NCBI RefSeq assembly: GCF_000143415.4
Contig: NW_003314267.1
Coordinates: 1,371,524 to 1,435,523 of the forward strand
Direction: 5' to 3'
Source of the DNA: Selaginella moellendorffii
Taxonomy: Eukaryota; Plantae; Lycopodiophyta
DNA: 64,000 bases
A model generated the notes under the pieces. That model saw only the letters and a program-made list of their open reading frames with translations, ran no database searches and had not been told where the DNA came from. Made by a program: the position numbers and the translations under genes. This document shows positions 45,546 through 58,400 of the stretch, one piece after another. Every line of letters starts with the position of its first letter. Position 1 is the stretch's first letter.

Positions 45546-48500
45546 CGATGATGAACTGGAAATTATCCCAGAAACCGAATGGAAGAAAAGCAAGAAAATA
45601 CTTAAAGCAATTCAAGCTGAATTGCAAGCACAAGATCCAGAAACAATCAAAGAACACGACAAACAATCAAACAATCAAGAAACAAGAAGTTTTACCCAAG
45701 AGGAGCTGGCACCTGTTCAGCAGAAAGAAAAGTTTCATGTGGAAGAGCAAGCTGAAGCAAGGTTGAAGCAAAACCTGGTGGAAGATGAACAGCCTGATCA
45801 GATTGAGCAACTAGCAGAAGAAGACAAAGACCTGCAGTGGATAAAGGAGTTTCAGACGCAGGAACTTGAGGTGGTGCTTCCGAAGTTTTGTGAGCAGACG
45901 GAGCAGAAGAAAAATTCAATGCCAGAGTTTGACGTGGAACAGGCAGCAGCTGGTCAAGCTGGCTTGGAGCAGAAAGCTGTTGTGAAGAAGAAAGAAGAAG
46001 ATGTTGGACAACAAAGAGGTGTAGAAGTTCAGAACCTTGTGGAGCAGCCATCAAGAGGAGCCGTATACCCAGGCCAAAGTTTGCACTTGAAGGTGGCTGG
46101 TGTGAAGTTGGTGAAGAGACGAGGAAGTGTGTTTCTCAAGTTCTGGTGGGACAGAGGCAAGCTGGTTTCATCCTTTGTAGCTTTGTAGGAGTAGAGGAAG
46201 TAAGTAGTAAAGCAGCAAAACTGAAAGCCGTCCAAGAGAAGTCATGGCTGTTTCAAGTCGGATGTTTGAAGTTTCGAGAAGAGGCGTTTGTGCAACTGAT
46301 CTCGGGAAGAAGCTGGTCAAATAAGATCACAAGACTTTGAGGAAGCAGCTCAGACTTATGAAGAAGAGGAAGAGGAGGAGGAGCCACATGAGGGAGCATC
46401 TACCCACGATGCAGCAATGGAGCAGTGACTGCGGGACGCAGCACAAGGCAGTCGTGGGAGAGTGGAGAAGGGAGAAAAAGACAAGCTCGAGGATTCAAGC
46501 TTAGGAAAGTAAACTTGAGAGGTTCAAGGTTAGGACTGTATTCCTAACCTTGACGTGAGCAGTAGAGACTATAAAAGTAGGACTTAGAATGTTTTTAGAC
46601 TTATCCCTAATACAAAATACATTGCAATACATCGTCATTCTGCCTATCTCTTTGGCTATTCACAGCAATGTCTTACTTACCCACCGCCTTCAAGGGATCA
46701 AAGGCATGGGACTAGCACCTTCAAGCTCTTGTTCACAGTTTCTACTTGGCTTGGCACAAGCAGGTAAGTGCACTCTTCTCATAGTGTAGTTTTAGATTTA
46801 GGGACTAGATTAGATTTGAATCTCCTAGGAAGATCTCGTGTGGACGTTTTCCTCCCAGTCCAGAGAGTCCAGGAGTTTTCAGTCCCACTTGTGAGGCACT
46901 AGCTCACTGGAATACACTTCCTGCATTCCTGTCCTACTCAGAAGGACTATTTTCACAAGTGTTACTCTGACACTTGTTTTTGTTCTTTGGGGCAACCTCT
47001 GCCCCTTAGGACTACTTGTCCATGTGATGAGAATACCAACTCATCTCTAAGTACACCCCCCAACTCCTTGGGTTGTTCCAGCATTTATAAAAGGTAGCCC
47101 CGGCCACCATTTCAAGGACTTGAGTCCTCTTCTGTATTTGACCTCCCACAGTCATTACCTCTGGTCTCACATTCATGAGCACCAACCTCAACTATATGAG
47201 GATAATCTTGTGACTCCTTTATTGTTTTGGAGTCTCTATCTTTTTCGTGATCCCAACTATAGTTGTTTACCACAACTACCTTAGCCAATTTGCTGAGACA
47301 AATGCTCATCCGGATCACATCCTCAACTCAATGAGGAAAACCTTGCACTGTTCCCAAGATCCCAAAGTCGTTCCATTATTGGCCCTTTTCTATCCACCAC
47401 CTCGTTTACAAGTTCACACATGAACTGTAATGGAGAGCTATGTCTTCCCGACTTGCTACTCCTCAAGGATAGGCCCACTCCTCGGACCTTCTAATGCCAA
47501 CACCAGTGGTGATATACTTGAGCATCAATAAAAGTCGGATTAAGGAACAGCTCTGATACCAAGTTGTAAACGACTAATTTTTCCATTCTACTTTAGTCAC
47601 TTAGCCACACCTCCGACCACTTGGAGGAGTCTCATTCACAACCTCCATAAGTCCAACTTAGGACTTGGGGCTTGCTAGCCCCGAGAATGGCATCCATGCC
47701 ACTCAACCTTAGCACTTGGTCCAAGTGCTCCACGTGTCCAATCCCATGATCGACACCCCAAGGTACCACCGACGTATCGGCCCGTTATGCTAAGGCCATG
47801 CCCATTTACCTTGGTCACACTGGTGGTCCAACACCACCTGCATTCCAATCCCGTCTCTCAAAGACTGGGTCATCCGTCCATGAGTGATCATCCCAGATCC
47901 ACTCCTTAACATCCTTAGGATGCCTATAGACATGGGGAATAGCCTTCCCCAATATCTCTGTTCCGGTCCCCACCAAGTCCCTTTCTGTCCTTGGTTGTGT
48001 TTGCCAACACTGCCACTGGATCAAGGCCCACCGGCCCGACCACTAAGTCCCACTATCCTCTAGGACTTCCTCACCATGTGACCGTATCCTTGGTCACTAC
48101 ATTAGAGGCCTACTCCTCTTCCCTTTCACCGTTTGGGACTTTGGGACAACATTTCAGAACACCGTGGCCTTACACAAGCCTCATGGGTACTCTCCCCGCC
48201 TTTCGCCTTTAGGTGCTCTAGCCATGGGCTTAGAGCGAGGTTCCGTTGAGCCACGACACGTATCCAAGTAGGTAGTGCCACCCACACTTGGACTGGGAGC
48301 ATCGGCCAGTCGATCTCCCGGGGGAACTAGAGTCGGCTCTTGAACACTTCACCAAGCTACCCCGCTTGTCGGTCCGTGTTCACTCTAGTCTTGGACTTCC
48401 CAGTGGGCAGCTCATCACCCAACACTGGGTCCGGCCTTCCTGGGCCAAACTGGCCTTTCCTGGCCAAACTGGCTCCACTGTAGTCCTCCCCCTATTATAC

Positions 48501-50100
48501 TTTTGGAGCTCACCAAACCCCCCAGGGTCTGGGAGACGAATACTTTGGGCTTTCACCCTCTCAAACTCGGACTCGGACTCGGACTCGGGCTCGGGCTCAG
48601 TCTCGGCCTCGGCCTCGGTCTCGGTCTTGGTCTCGGTCCCGATCTCGGTCTCGGTCTCAGTCCTGGTCTCGGTCTTGGTCTCGGTCTCGACTTCGGACTC
48701 CATCTCGGGTCCATCTCGGACTCCATCTCAGACTCCATCTCGGGTCCACCTCGGACTCCATCTCGGACTCCATCTCGTGTCCATCTCAGGTCCATCTCGG
48801 ACTCCATCTCGGGTCCATCTCGGACTCCATCTCGGACTCCATCTCGAGTCCATCTCGGGTCCACCTCGGACTCCACCTCGGACTCCATCTCAGGTCCAAC
48901 TCGGACTCCATTTCGGACTCCATCTCGGGTCCATCTCGGACTCCACCTCGGGTCCACCTCGGACTCCATCTCGGACTCCATCTCAGACTCCATTTCGGAC
49001 TCCATCTTGGACTCCATTTCGGACTCCATCTCGGGTCCATCTCGGGTCCATCTCGGACTCCATCTCGGGTCCACCTCGGACTCCACCTCGGACTCCATTT
49101 CGGACTCCATCTCGGACTCCATCTCGGGTCCATCTCGGACTCCATCTCGGACACTTCCACGTGTCATGTGTTGGTCCTTTTTGGGTCCCTTTTTGGAGCC
49201 TCACCTATGGCTCGCTTCGTGCTCATTCCTCGAGCCCTTTGTTGGGAGTTCCACTCCCACTCTTGACTTTTCAAGTCGGAGCTTTTGGTCCAAACGTGTT
49301 ACGCTCGTTTGGCTCTCGCTTCAGCCACTACCCCGTGGCACCCTTCCGGCTCCACTTTGGGGCCTAGGGATTTTGTGTCTCACACATTGGCCATTTACTG
49401 AGTCAAACGCTCATCTGGATCACATCCTCAACTCTTTGAGGAAAACCATATACTGTTCCCAAGATCCCAAAGTCGTTCCCTTATCGGCCCCTTTTCTATC
49501 CACCACATCGCGCCCAAGTCACGCATGAACTTGAGTGGAGAGCCATGTCCTCTCGGCATGCTACTCCTCAAGGATAAGCCCACTCCTAGGACCTTCCAAT
49601 GCCAATATCAATGGTGATATACTTGAGCACCAATAAAAGTCGGACTAAGGAACAGCTCCGATACCAAATTGTAAGCGACTTAATTTTCCATTTTACTTTA
49701 GTCACTTAACCACACCTCTGACCACTTGGAGGAGTCTCACTCACAACCTCCGTAAGTCCTATTTTGGACTTGGGCTTACTAGCCCCGAGAGTGGCATTCA
49801 TACCACTCAACTTCATGCACTTGGTCCAAGTGCTCCACGTGTCCGATCCCATGACCGACACCCCAAGGTACCACCAACATATCAGCCTGTTACGCTAAGG
49901 CCATGCCCATTCACCTTGGTCACAACGATGGTCTGACACCACCTACATCCCAGTCCCGTCACTCAAAGACTGGGCCATCCATCCATGAGTGATCATCCCA
50001 GATCCACTCCTTAGCATCCTTAGGATGCCCACCGACATGGGATTAGCCTTCCCCAATATCTCCGTTCCAGTCCCCACTAAGTCCCTTTTCGTCCATGGCC

Positions 50101-52724
50101 TGTGAGACACAAAATCCCTAGGCCCCAAAGTGGAGCCGGAAGGGCGCCACGTGGTAGTGGCCGAATCGAGAACCAAACGAGCGTAACACGTTTGGACCAA
50201 AAGCTCCGACTTGAAAAGTCAAGAGCGGGAGTGGAACTCCCAACGAAGTGCTCGAGGAATGAGCACGAAGTGAGCCATAGGCGAGGCTCCAAAAAGGGAC
50301 CCAAAAAGGACCAACACATGACACGTGGAAGTGTCCGAGGTGGAGTCCGAGGTGGAGTCCGAGATGGACCCGAGATGGACTCGAGATGGAGTCCGAGATG
50401 GAGTTCGAGATGGAGTCCGCGATGGAGTCCGGGATGGAGTCCGGGATGGAGTCCGAGATGGAGTCCGAGATGGAGCCTGAGATGGACCCGAAATGGAGTC
50501 CGAGATGGAGTCTGAGATGGAGTCCGAGATGGAGTCCGCGATGGAGTCCGAGATGGAGTCCGAGATGGAGTCCGAGATGGAGTCCGAGATGGAGTCCGAG
50601 GTGGAGTCCGAGGTGGACCCGAGATGGACCCGAAATGGAGTCCGAGATGGAGTCCGAGATGGACCCGAGATGGAGTCCGAGATGGACCCGAGATGGAGTC
50701 CAAGATGGACACGAGATGGAGTCCGAGATGGAGTCCGAGATGGACCCGAGATGGAGTCCGAAGTCGAGACCGAGACCGGGACCGAGACCGAGACCGGGAC
50801 CGAGACCGAGACCGAGATCGGGACCAAGACTGAGACCGAGGCCGAGGCCGAGACCGAGGCCGAGTCCGAGTTTGAGTCCGAGTCCGAGTCCGAGTCCGAG
50901 TCCGAGTCCGAGTCCGAGTCCGAGTCCGAGTCCGAGTTTGAGAGCGTGAAAGCCCAAAGCGTTCGTCTCCCAGACCCTGGGGGGTTTGGTGAGCTCCAAA
51001 AGTATAGTAGGGGGAGGACTGCAGTGGAGCCAGTTTGGCCAGGAAAGGCCAGTTTGGCCCAGGAAGGCCGGACCCAGTGTTGGGTGATGAGCTGCCCACT
51101 GGGAAGTCCAAGACTAGAGTGAATACGAATTGACAAGCGGGGTAGCTTGGTGAAATGTTCAAGAGCCGGCTCTAGTTCCCCCGGGAGATCGACTAGCCGA
51201 TGCTCCCAGTCCAAGTGTGGGTGGCACTACCTACTTGGATACCTGGTGTGGCTCAACGGAACCTCGCTCTAAGCCCATGGCTAGAGTACCTAAAGACGAA
51301 AGGCGGGGAGAGTACCCATGAGGCTTGCGTAAGGCCACGGTTTTCCGAAATGGTGTCCCAAAGTCCCAGACTGTGGAAAGGAAGAGGGGTAGCCCTCTGG
51401 TGTGGTGACCAAGGACATAGTCACACAGTGAGGAAGTCCTAGAGGATAGTGGGACTTAGTGGTCGGGCCGGTGGGCCTTGATCCAGTGGCAGTGTTGGCG
51501 AACACAGCCAAGGACAGAAAGGGACTTGGTGGGGACCGGAACAGAGATACTAGGGAAGGCTATTCCCTATGTCTGTAGGTATCCTAAGGATGTTAAGGAG
51601 TGGATCTGGGATGATCACTCATGGATGGATGACCCAGTCTTTGAGAGACAGGATTGGAATGTAGGTGGTGTTGGACCACCAGTGTGACCAAGGTAAATGG
51701 GCATGGCCTTAGCGTAACGGGCCGATATGTCGGTGGTACCTTGGGGTGTCGATCATGGGATCGGACACGTGGAGCACTTGGACCAAGTGCTAAGGTTGAG
51801 TGGCATGGATGCCATTCGCGGGGCTAGCAAGCCCCAAGTCCTGAGTTGGGCTTATGGAGGTTGTGAATGAGACTCCTCCAAGTGGTCGGAGGTGTGGATA
51901 AGTGACTAAAGTAAAATGGAAAAATTAGTCGCTTACAATTTGGTATCGGAGCTGTTCCTTAGTCCGACTTTTATTGGTGCTCAAGTATATCACCACTGGT
52001 GTTGGCAACGGAAGGTCTGAGGAGTGGGCCTATCCTTGAGGAGTAGCAGGTCGGGAAGACATGGCTCTCCATTACAGTTCATGTGTGAACTTGTAGACAA
52101 GGTGGTGAATAGAAAAGGGCCAATAATGGAACGACTTTGGGATCTTGGGAACAGTGCAAAGTTTTCCTCATTGAGTTGAGGATGTGATCCGGATGAGCAT
52201 TTGTCTCAGCAAATTGGCTAAGGTAGTTGTAGTAAACAACTATAGTTAGGATCACGGGAAAGATAGAGACTCCAAAACAATAAAGGAGTCACAAGATTAT
52301 CCTCATATGGTTGAGGTTGGGGCTCATGAATGTGAGACCAGAGGTAATGACCGTGGGAGGTCAAATACGGAGGAGGACTCAAGTCCTTGAAATGGTAGCC
52401 GGGGCTAAATTTAATAAATGCTGGAACAACCCAAGGAGTTGGGGGGTGTACTTAGAGATGAGTTGGTATTCTCATCACATGGACAAGTAGTCCTAAGGGG
52501 CAAAGGTTGCCCATAGAGAACAAAATCAAGCCTTTTGAGTAGGACAGGAATGCAAGAAGTGTATTCCAGTGAGCTAGTGCCTCACAAGTAGGACCTTACG
52601 GGTCTATGGATTAACCAAGTCCAAAACTGCTGGATGACTCAAGTAGAGTCAAGGGATGGTCCTAAAAGGACTGATGGAAGCATTTGGGCTGAGGTGTGTT
52701 GTACCCCACAAAGGATGGGGGCGG
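50101..52724 (+). mobile_element. Inverted family-C element C2 (LTR 50101-51937, PBS, truncated 5' internal region) inserted in the C0 LTR
   Basis: TGTGAGAC...GCTTACA then atttggtatcggagc; the internal region is the reverse complement of C1 sequence and is cut at 52724. Confidence 0.88.
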
Positions 52725-54517
52725 TGTAAGCGACTAAATTTTCCATTTTACTTTAGTCACTTAACCGCACCTCTGACCACTTGGAGGAGTCTCACTCACA
52801 ACCTCCGTAAGTCCTATTTTGGACTTGGGCTTACTAGCCCCGAGAATGGCATCCCCGCCACTCAACTTCATGCACTTGGTCCAAGTGCTCCACGTGTCCG
52901 ATCCCATGACCGACACCCCAAGGTACCACCAACATATCAGCCTGTTACGCTAAGGCCATGCCCATTCACCTTGGTCACAACGATGGTCTGACACCACCTG
53001 CATCCCAGTCCCGTCACTCAAAGACTGGGCCATCCATTCATGAGTGATCATCCCAGATCCACTCCTTAGCATCCTTAGGATGCCCACCAACATGGGGATT
53101 AGCCTTCCCCAATATCTCCGTTCTAGTCCCCACTAAGTCCCTTTTCGTCCATGGCCGTGTTCGCCAACACTACCACTGGATCGAGGCCCACAGGCCCAAC
53201 CACTAAGTCCCACGGTCCTTTGGGACTTCCTCACCACCCGACTGTGTCCTTGGTCACTACCCCAGAGGACTGCTCCTCTTCCTTTCCACAGTCTGGGCCT
53301 TTGGGACAACATTTCGGAACACCGTGGCCTTACGCGAGCCACCTGGGTACTCTCCCCGCCTTCCGCCCTTGGGTGCTCTAGCCATGGGCTTAGAGCGAGG
53401 TTCCATTGGGCCACGCCTGGTATCCAAGTAGGTAGTGCCACCCACACTTGTACTGGGAGCATCGGCCAGTCGATCTCCCGGGGGAACTAGAGCCGGCTCT
53501 TGAACACTTCACCAAGCTACCCCGCTTGTCGGTCCATATTCACTCTAGTCTTGGACTTCCCAGTGGTCAGCTCATCACCCAACACTGGGTCTGGCCTTCC
53601 TGGGCCAAACTGGCCTTTCCTGGCCCAACTGGCTCCACTGGGCTCCAACCCCCACACTCTCCCTACTATACTTTTGGAACCCCCCGCAGCCCCCCCCCCC
53701 CCTTGGGGGACGATCGCTTTGGGCTTTCACCCAACTGCCTGTATTAATATTCGGACTCGGACTCGGGCTCGAACTCGGACTCGGACTCGGTCTCGGTCCC
53801 GGTTTCGTACTCGGACTCGGTCTCGGTCTCGGTCTCGGCCTCGGCCTCGGTCTCGGTCTCGGTTCCATCTCGGACTCCATCTCGGACTCCGTCTCGGGTC
53901 CATCTCGGACTCTGTCTCGGGTCCATCTCGGACTCCATCTCGGGTCCATCTCGGACTCCGTCTCGGGTCCATCTCGGACTCCATCTCGGACTCCATCTCG
54001 GGTCCATCTCGGGCTCCACCTCGGACTCCATCTCGGGTCCATCTTGGACTCCATCTCGGGTCCACCTCGGACTCCACCTTGGGTCCACCTCGGGTCCACC
54101 TCGGACTCCATCTCGGACTCCATCTCGGGTCCGTCTCGGACTCCATATCAGACTCCATATCGGACTCCATCTCGGACTCCATATCGGACTCCATCTCGGA
54201 CTCCATCTCGGACTCCATATCGGACCCCATTTTGGACTCCATCTCGGACTCCATATCGGACTCCATTTCGGGTCCATCTCGGACACTTCCACGTGTCATG
54301 TGTTGGTCCTTTCGGGTCCCTTTTTAGAGCCACGCTTATGGCTTGCTTTGTGCTCATTCTTCGAGCACTTTGTTGGGAGTTCCACTCCCGCTCTCGACCT
54401 TTCCAGTCGGAGCTTTTAGTCCAAACGTGTTATGCTCGTTTGGCTTTCACTTCGGCCACTACCACGTGGCACCCTTTCCAGCTCCACTTTGGGGGCCTAG
54501 GGATTTTGTGTCTCACA
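52725..54517 (-). mobile_element. Family-C LTR without TSD (probably recombinant)
   Basis: Complete TGTAAG...CTCACA; flanks GGCGG and TAATA differ; first ~430 bp nearly identical to 49670-50100. Confidence 0.88.
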
Positions 54518-54656
54518 TAATATTAGCATAGTGGGATTTTGGTAGCCGTCGGATTGGTTTCAATCTAGACCACTCGCTCCTGTATATAAGCTAGGGTTTT
54601 TGGGCTAATGGATATGCACATTTCTGTATTCCCTTTCCATATTCCATGCACTCACA
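54518..54656 (+). mobile_element. 3' LTR of element A lacking its first ~36 bp
   Basis: Matches 9276-9414 with 7 transitions in 139 bp; followed by AAAC, which also precedes 9240. Confidence 0.8.
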
Positions 54657-55472
54657 AAACATATTTAAAAATTATAATATTTCAATTGATCAATTGGATT
54701 AATAAATAAAACTATACATAATAACACTGCAAACCCAATATAATTTTTATGTTTGGTCACTATACCATCAATAGTCAATGTAAAATCAAATACCCCCAAT
54801 CAAATTTTATCTCATATGCAAGCACTTTGAGACTTTCATACAACATCCTTCTTGAACATCTTTTTAAATTTTAATCTCCTTTGGTGACCCACATTAAACA
54901 AAAACTTTGATTAGATGAGCATTCTTAATTGAAATAAAATGACATTTTGCAATCTTAGCCCTATATGGCATGTCAAAGTTAAAGAGATTAGCATACTTTT
55001 TGAGCTAGTTAATTGTTACAACATTATGATTGTTCAAGGGATCTGAAGATGGGAATAAAATATCAAAAACAAAACACAATAAAAAGTATGAAGGAGATTA
55101 AAATGATGGAAGTAAAGGGAGTGAAATAAAACAAATGGCATGGGTTTTTTGCTCACTAGAAAAGATAGTATTAAGTCTTGTCTAAAGGGCTCCTTGCTCA
55201 ATACAATAAAATCTATCAAGTGTTATGGTAAGGTGAACCACAAATTTATGAGTTTTGGTATAATATTCAACATGCCAGTTTTCTAGAAATTGTGTATGTG
55301 CAACATTTAAAGTGCTTTATACAAAGGGATTAATAAAAAGTTCCAATTATAAATCCACTGATGCCTCCTGCTGATATTCCTCACAACCTAACACATCAAC
55401 TAGGAAATTTTAATTGATTTTCATCTTTCAGAGAAACAGGAATGATATGAAGTTTAGATGTAAAACTAAAAT

Positions 55473-58400
55473 AGTAGCACATGTAGTTTTTACACTTTAT
55501 CCTATAGTAATTTATCATAAAATAACCACAAAGTGGAACTTAAACCCTCTATATGCCACATGTTATATGCCACGTGACACATGCCATGTGTTTAATGGAT
55601 AGTGGTGTAGAACCCAAACTTCAAGGCCTTGGGCCATTGAACAAAGGAATGAAGCTAAATTCCTAAGCATGGGGCCAAGGAGCAATAAAACTAGACCATG
55701 AAGCAACTCTTAAACATATAACCCAAGGAGCAAAAAGATAGAAGTATGGAGTGATTTGGAATAGTCCTAGAGCATTCAACATCCCAATACCAGAACCAAT
55801 ACGCAAAATGAAGCCAAATGAAATCTGGTGCTATTTCAACATATTGGTGGCTTAACGTAAGGATATAGATACTCTACCAATTAGCATGGTATGGAACTTA
55901 GGCTTAGACCCAAGTTGGACGTAGAACAAAGGCAAGCATGCAAGCAGAAGTTACACTATGCTTTAGATTGGTCAATCATACCCAACCTACCCATTATCCC
56001 TACTATTCATTTGGAACCCCTATAGCCTCCCCCCCTTGAAGAACACACACTTTGGGCTTAAGCCTCCCTTAGTATCAAGAATTAGTCTCTAGGACAAGCT
56101 TGAAACTTACTGAGTATGGAATGACCTTAGATTGCGAATTTAGACACGGGACGAACACCATTATATTTAAAACAATTTCTACATTCTATAGATATGCCAA
56201 ATGAACAAATCTAAACACTTTCCATAAATAGCATTTAGGACCGAAATGAGACTAACACAAAGGGCATGATAAGCTATCATATAGCGATTATTGAGAGACC
56301 AAGCTCAATATTGCGGGGGTTCCCAACACTAGCAAGTGTAAGTGAACATCATGAATTTCTCGTCACCATATATACTTGACTAAATGACAATTTAGGATTT
56401 CCTTCCTTAGTGCCCTTCCAGTCTAAGTGCACATGTGATGACCAGTTTCTCAACTAGCTTAGGTGGAGACTGATAAACGATTTAGCAATACCGACTTCCT
56501 ACCGTTGTGGCAGTAAAGAAAGAATATCTGCAAAGACTAGTCGATAACTTTTGATACCCGAAATCACATTTGCGACACTGCCCCCCCCCCCCCCTAAGGA
56601 AAATCGACATCCTCATCAATGCATACTCCAATCTAGACCACCAGCAAGAAAACAACTTTAGAAAAAGTTCACAATGATCACACTATGTGAGAAATGCACC
56701 AACTTAAATGAGTTAGGGTAACCTCTTTGTCTAATGTGATACCAACTCAGACACCTTTTGGCCATTGCCGACAAAGAAATGACCAACAGAGGTAGCCACC
56801 CTTGCTACTTTGGGTGTCACCCAGCTTACAAAAGTGTGACACACCCCTGCCCGTAGGGACACAAAGAGATAAGCTAGAGGCCCCAACCCTCTTGAGCAAA
56901 GAAACCAAACCTATCAATAAGGTTTAGATAGACTACTGTAAACAAGCAATTAGAGTTGTTTACACAGTCACGCCCTTTGAACGGAACAAGGAACATCGAT
57001 AAAGAGGTGAGTTATGTGACCAATCAACAATAACTACCCCATGATTAAAAATTTCACTATGCACATGAAGTGCGGAAGCCAATCTACCTATACTAGCCCA
57101 AACTCAAAGATCAATAGATGGACAATATCAAAGTCATAAACAATAATATCTTAGAAACTTAATTATTAGTGAATAAATCTTAGATTAAAACACTAATGTC
57201 TTCCAAGTAAGTTATCATCCGATAAACCAGTATTATAGTATAGGAACCACCAAGATCACTATAATTGGAAAATATAACATTCATTATCTAACAAAATTTA
57301 ATAGCAAGTATATCATCAAGTAAACTCAATGAGAAAACTTAACTACCGAAGATTGTAAACAGTATGCCAAACAACTTACCAAAGATAACTCAAAGAACAC
57401 AAAGTATCATCGACTAAGAAGAAAAATGCTCACAAATGTATCCCAAAGGTAATAACATTCAATCTATCAAAACCAACTATAGCAATAATCAACAGAACAG
57501 AGTGAATGCCACAAAACCAACAAACATTTATTTATACCAACTATCGCACTAGCCAAGCTTAATAGATATCGGTCAACAATACGAAGGAATTCAAGTTGCT
57601 TAAGCAAGTGTTAGCAACATCTTACCAATGTCTCAAACCTAAAAGACCAATCCAAAACAAACCATAAGGAACATGTAGTAATGCAAAAAGGTATAAACCA
57701 TCAAAGAGAATAATTAACTATCATGAAAGATCATTAATCATCTCATCAATAGAAAGATGCATAATCATTGTCGAAAAAATAATCTACCATCATGAAGAAT
57801 GGCAAATCATTCAACATAATAATAATTTAGCAAAATCTTTAACAAGGATAATCAATTATCTTAGATAATAGTCAATCACTACCAATGATTGCCAGATGCA
57901 AGTATTAACCTCAACATTAAAGTTATGAGCTATAATGCCTTCCTCAACAATTCTTAACAAATGGAATAATAAGCATGAAAACTCTAAAAACCAAAAGCTT
58001 GAAAAAGTCTATAACCAAGTCTTGCCTAATAGTGATTATAAGTCTCGCATGAACTAACTTTAATGCTAAAGAAGAAATTAAGGTACAACCTACAATATCC
58101 TCCTCAACACATAAGTTACCTTCATAATACAAAGTTAATGAAGAGCATATTTGCATCAATCCAAAAGCCAAACACAATGGAGTTATGCTCAACAAGTGAT
58201 TATCAAATTGATCTTCCACGAATCCATCTATAGCAAAACATAACTCACTTTATAATAAACACAAAAAGAATCATCAATAATCAATATATTCCAACTCAAA
58301 TCCAATAAGGATTCAAACATTCTAATATCGATCACTAACTCTACCTCTTGTAAAGTTAGTATAGTCCACGATTGAATCACTTTTCAAGGAAAAACTCAAA

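Larger units (their letters stand above)
41140..46881 (+). mobile_element. Young LTR retrotransposon D nested in C1
   Basis: 419-bp LTRs 41140-41558 and 46463-46881 (2 differences seen); TSD GTCCC; PBS TGGCGACCACGGTGGGA (tRNA-Arg-like); purine tract before the 3' LTR. Confidence 0.95.
35819..49384 (-). mobile_element. Complete non-autonomous family-C LTR element C1
   Basis: LTRs 35819-37788 and 47565-49384; TSD CATTG; iMet PBS; PPT actccaccaccc identical to B. Internal region has only coding remnants (e.g. GEVELHHVQWK, chromodomain-like, ~38170). Confidence 0.9.
34835..50100 (-). mobile_element. Truncated family-C element C0 (internal 34835-35818 and 49390-49669; partial 5' LTR 49670-50100), host of C1
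   Basis: Internal sequence matches C1 (40560-41139, 46887-47564); iMet PBS (rc) immediately before 49670. Confidence 0.75.

Noticed and set aside
44809-46188. ORFs spanning X runs
   Set aside because: Artefacts of the N gap.
55100-55445. Integrase C-terminal remnant (YNIQHASFLE) of an old A copy
   Set aside because: Plausible by position but too degenerate to support.
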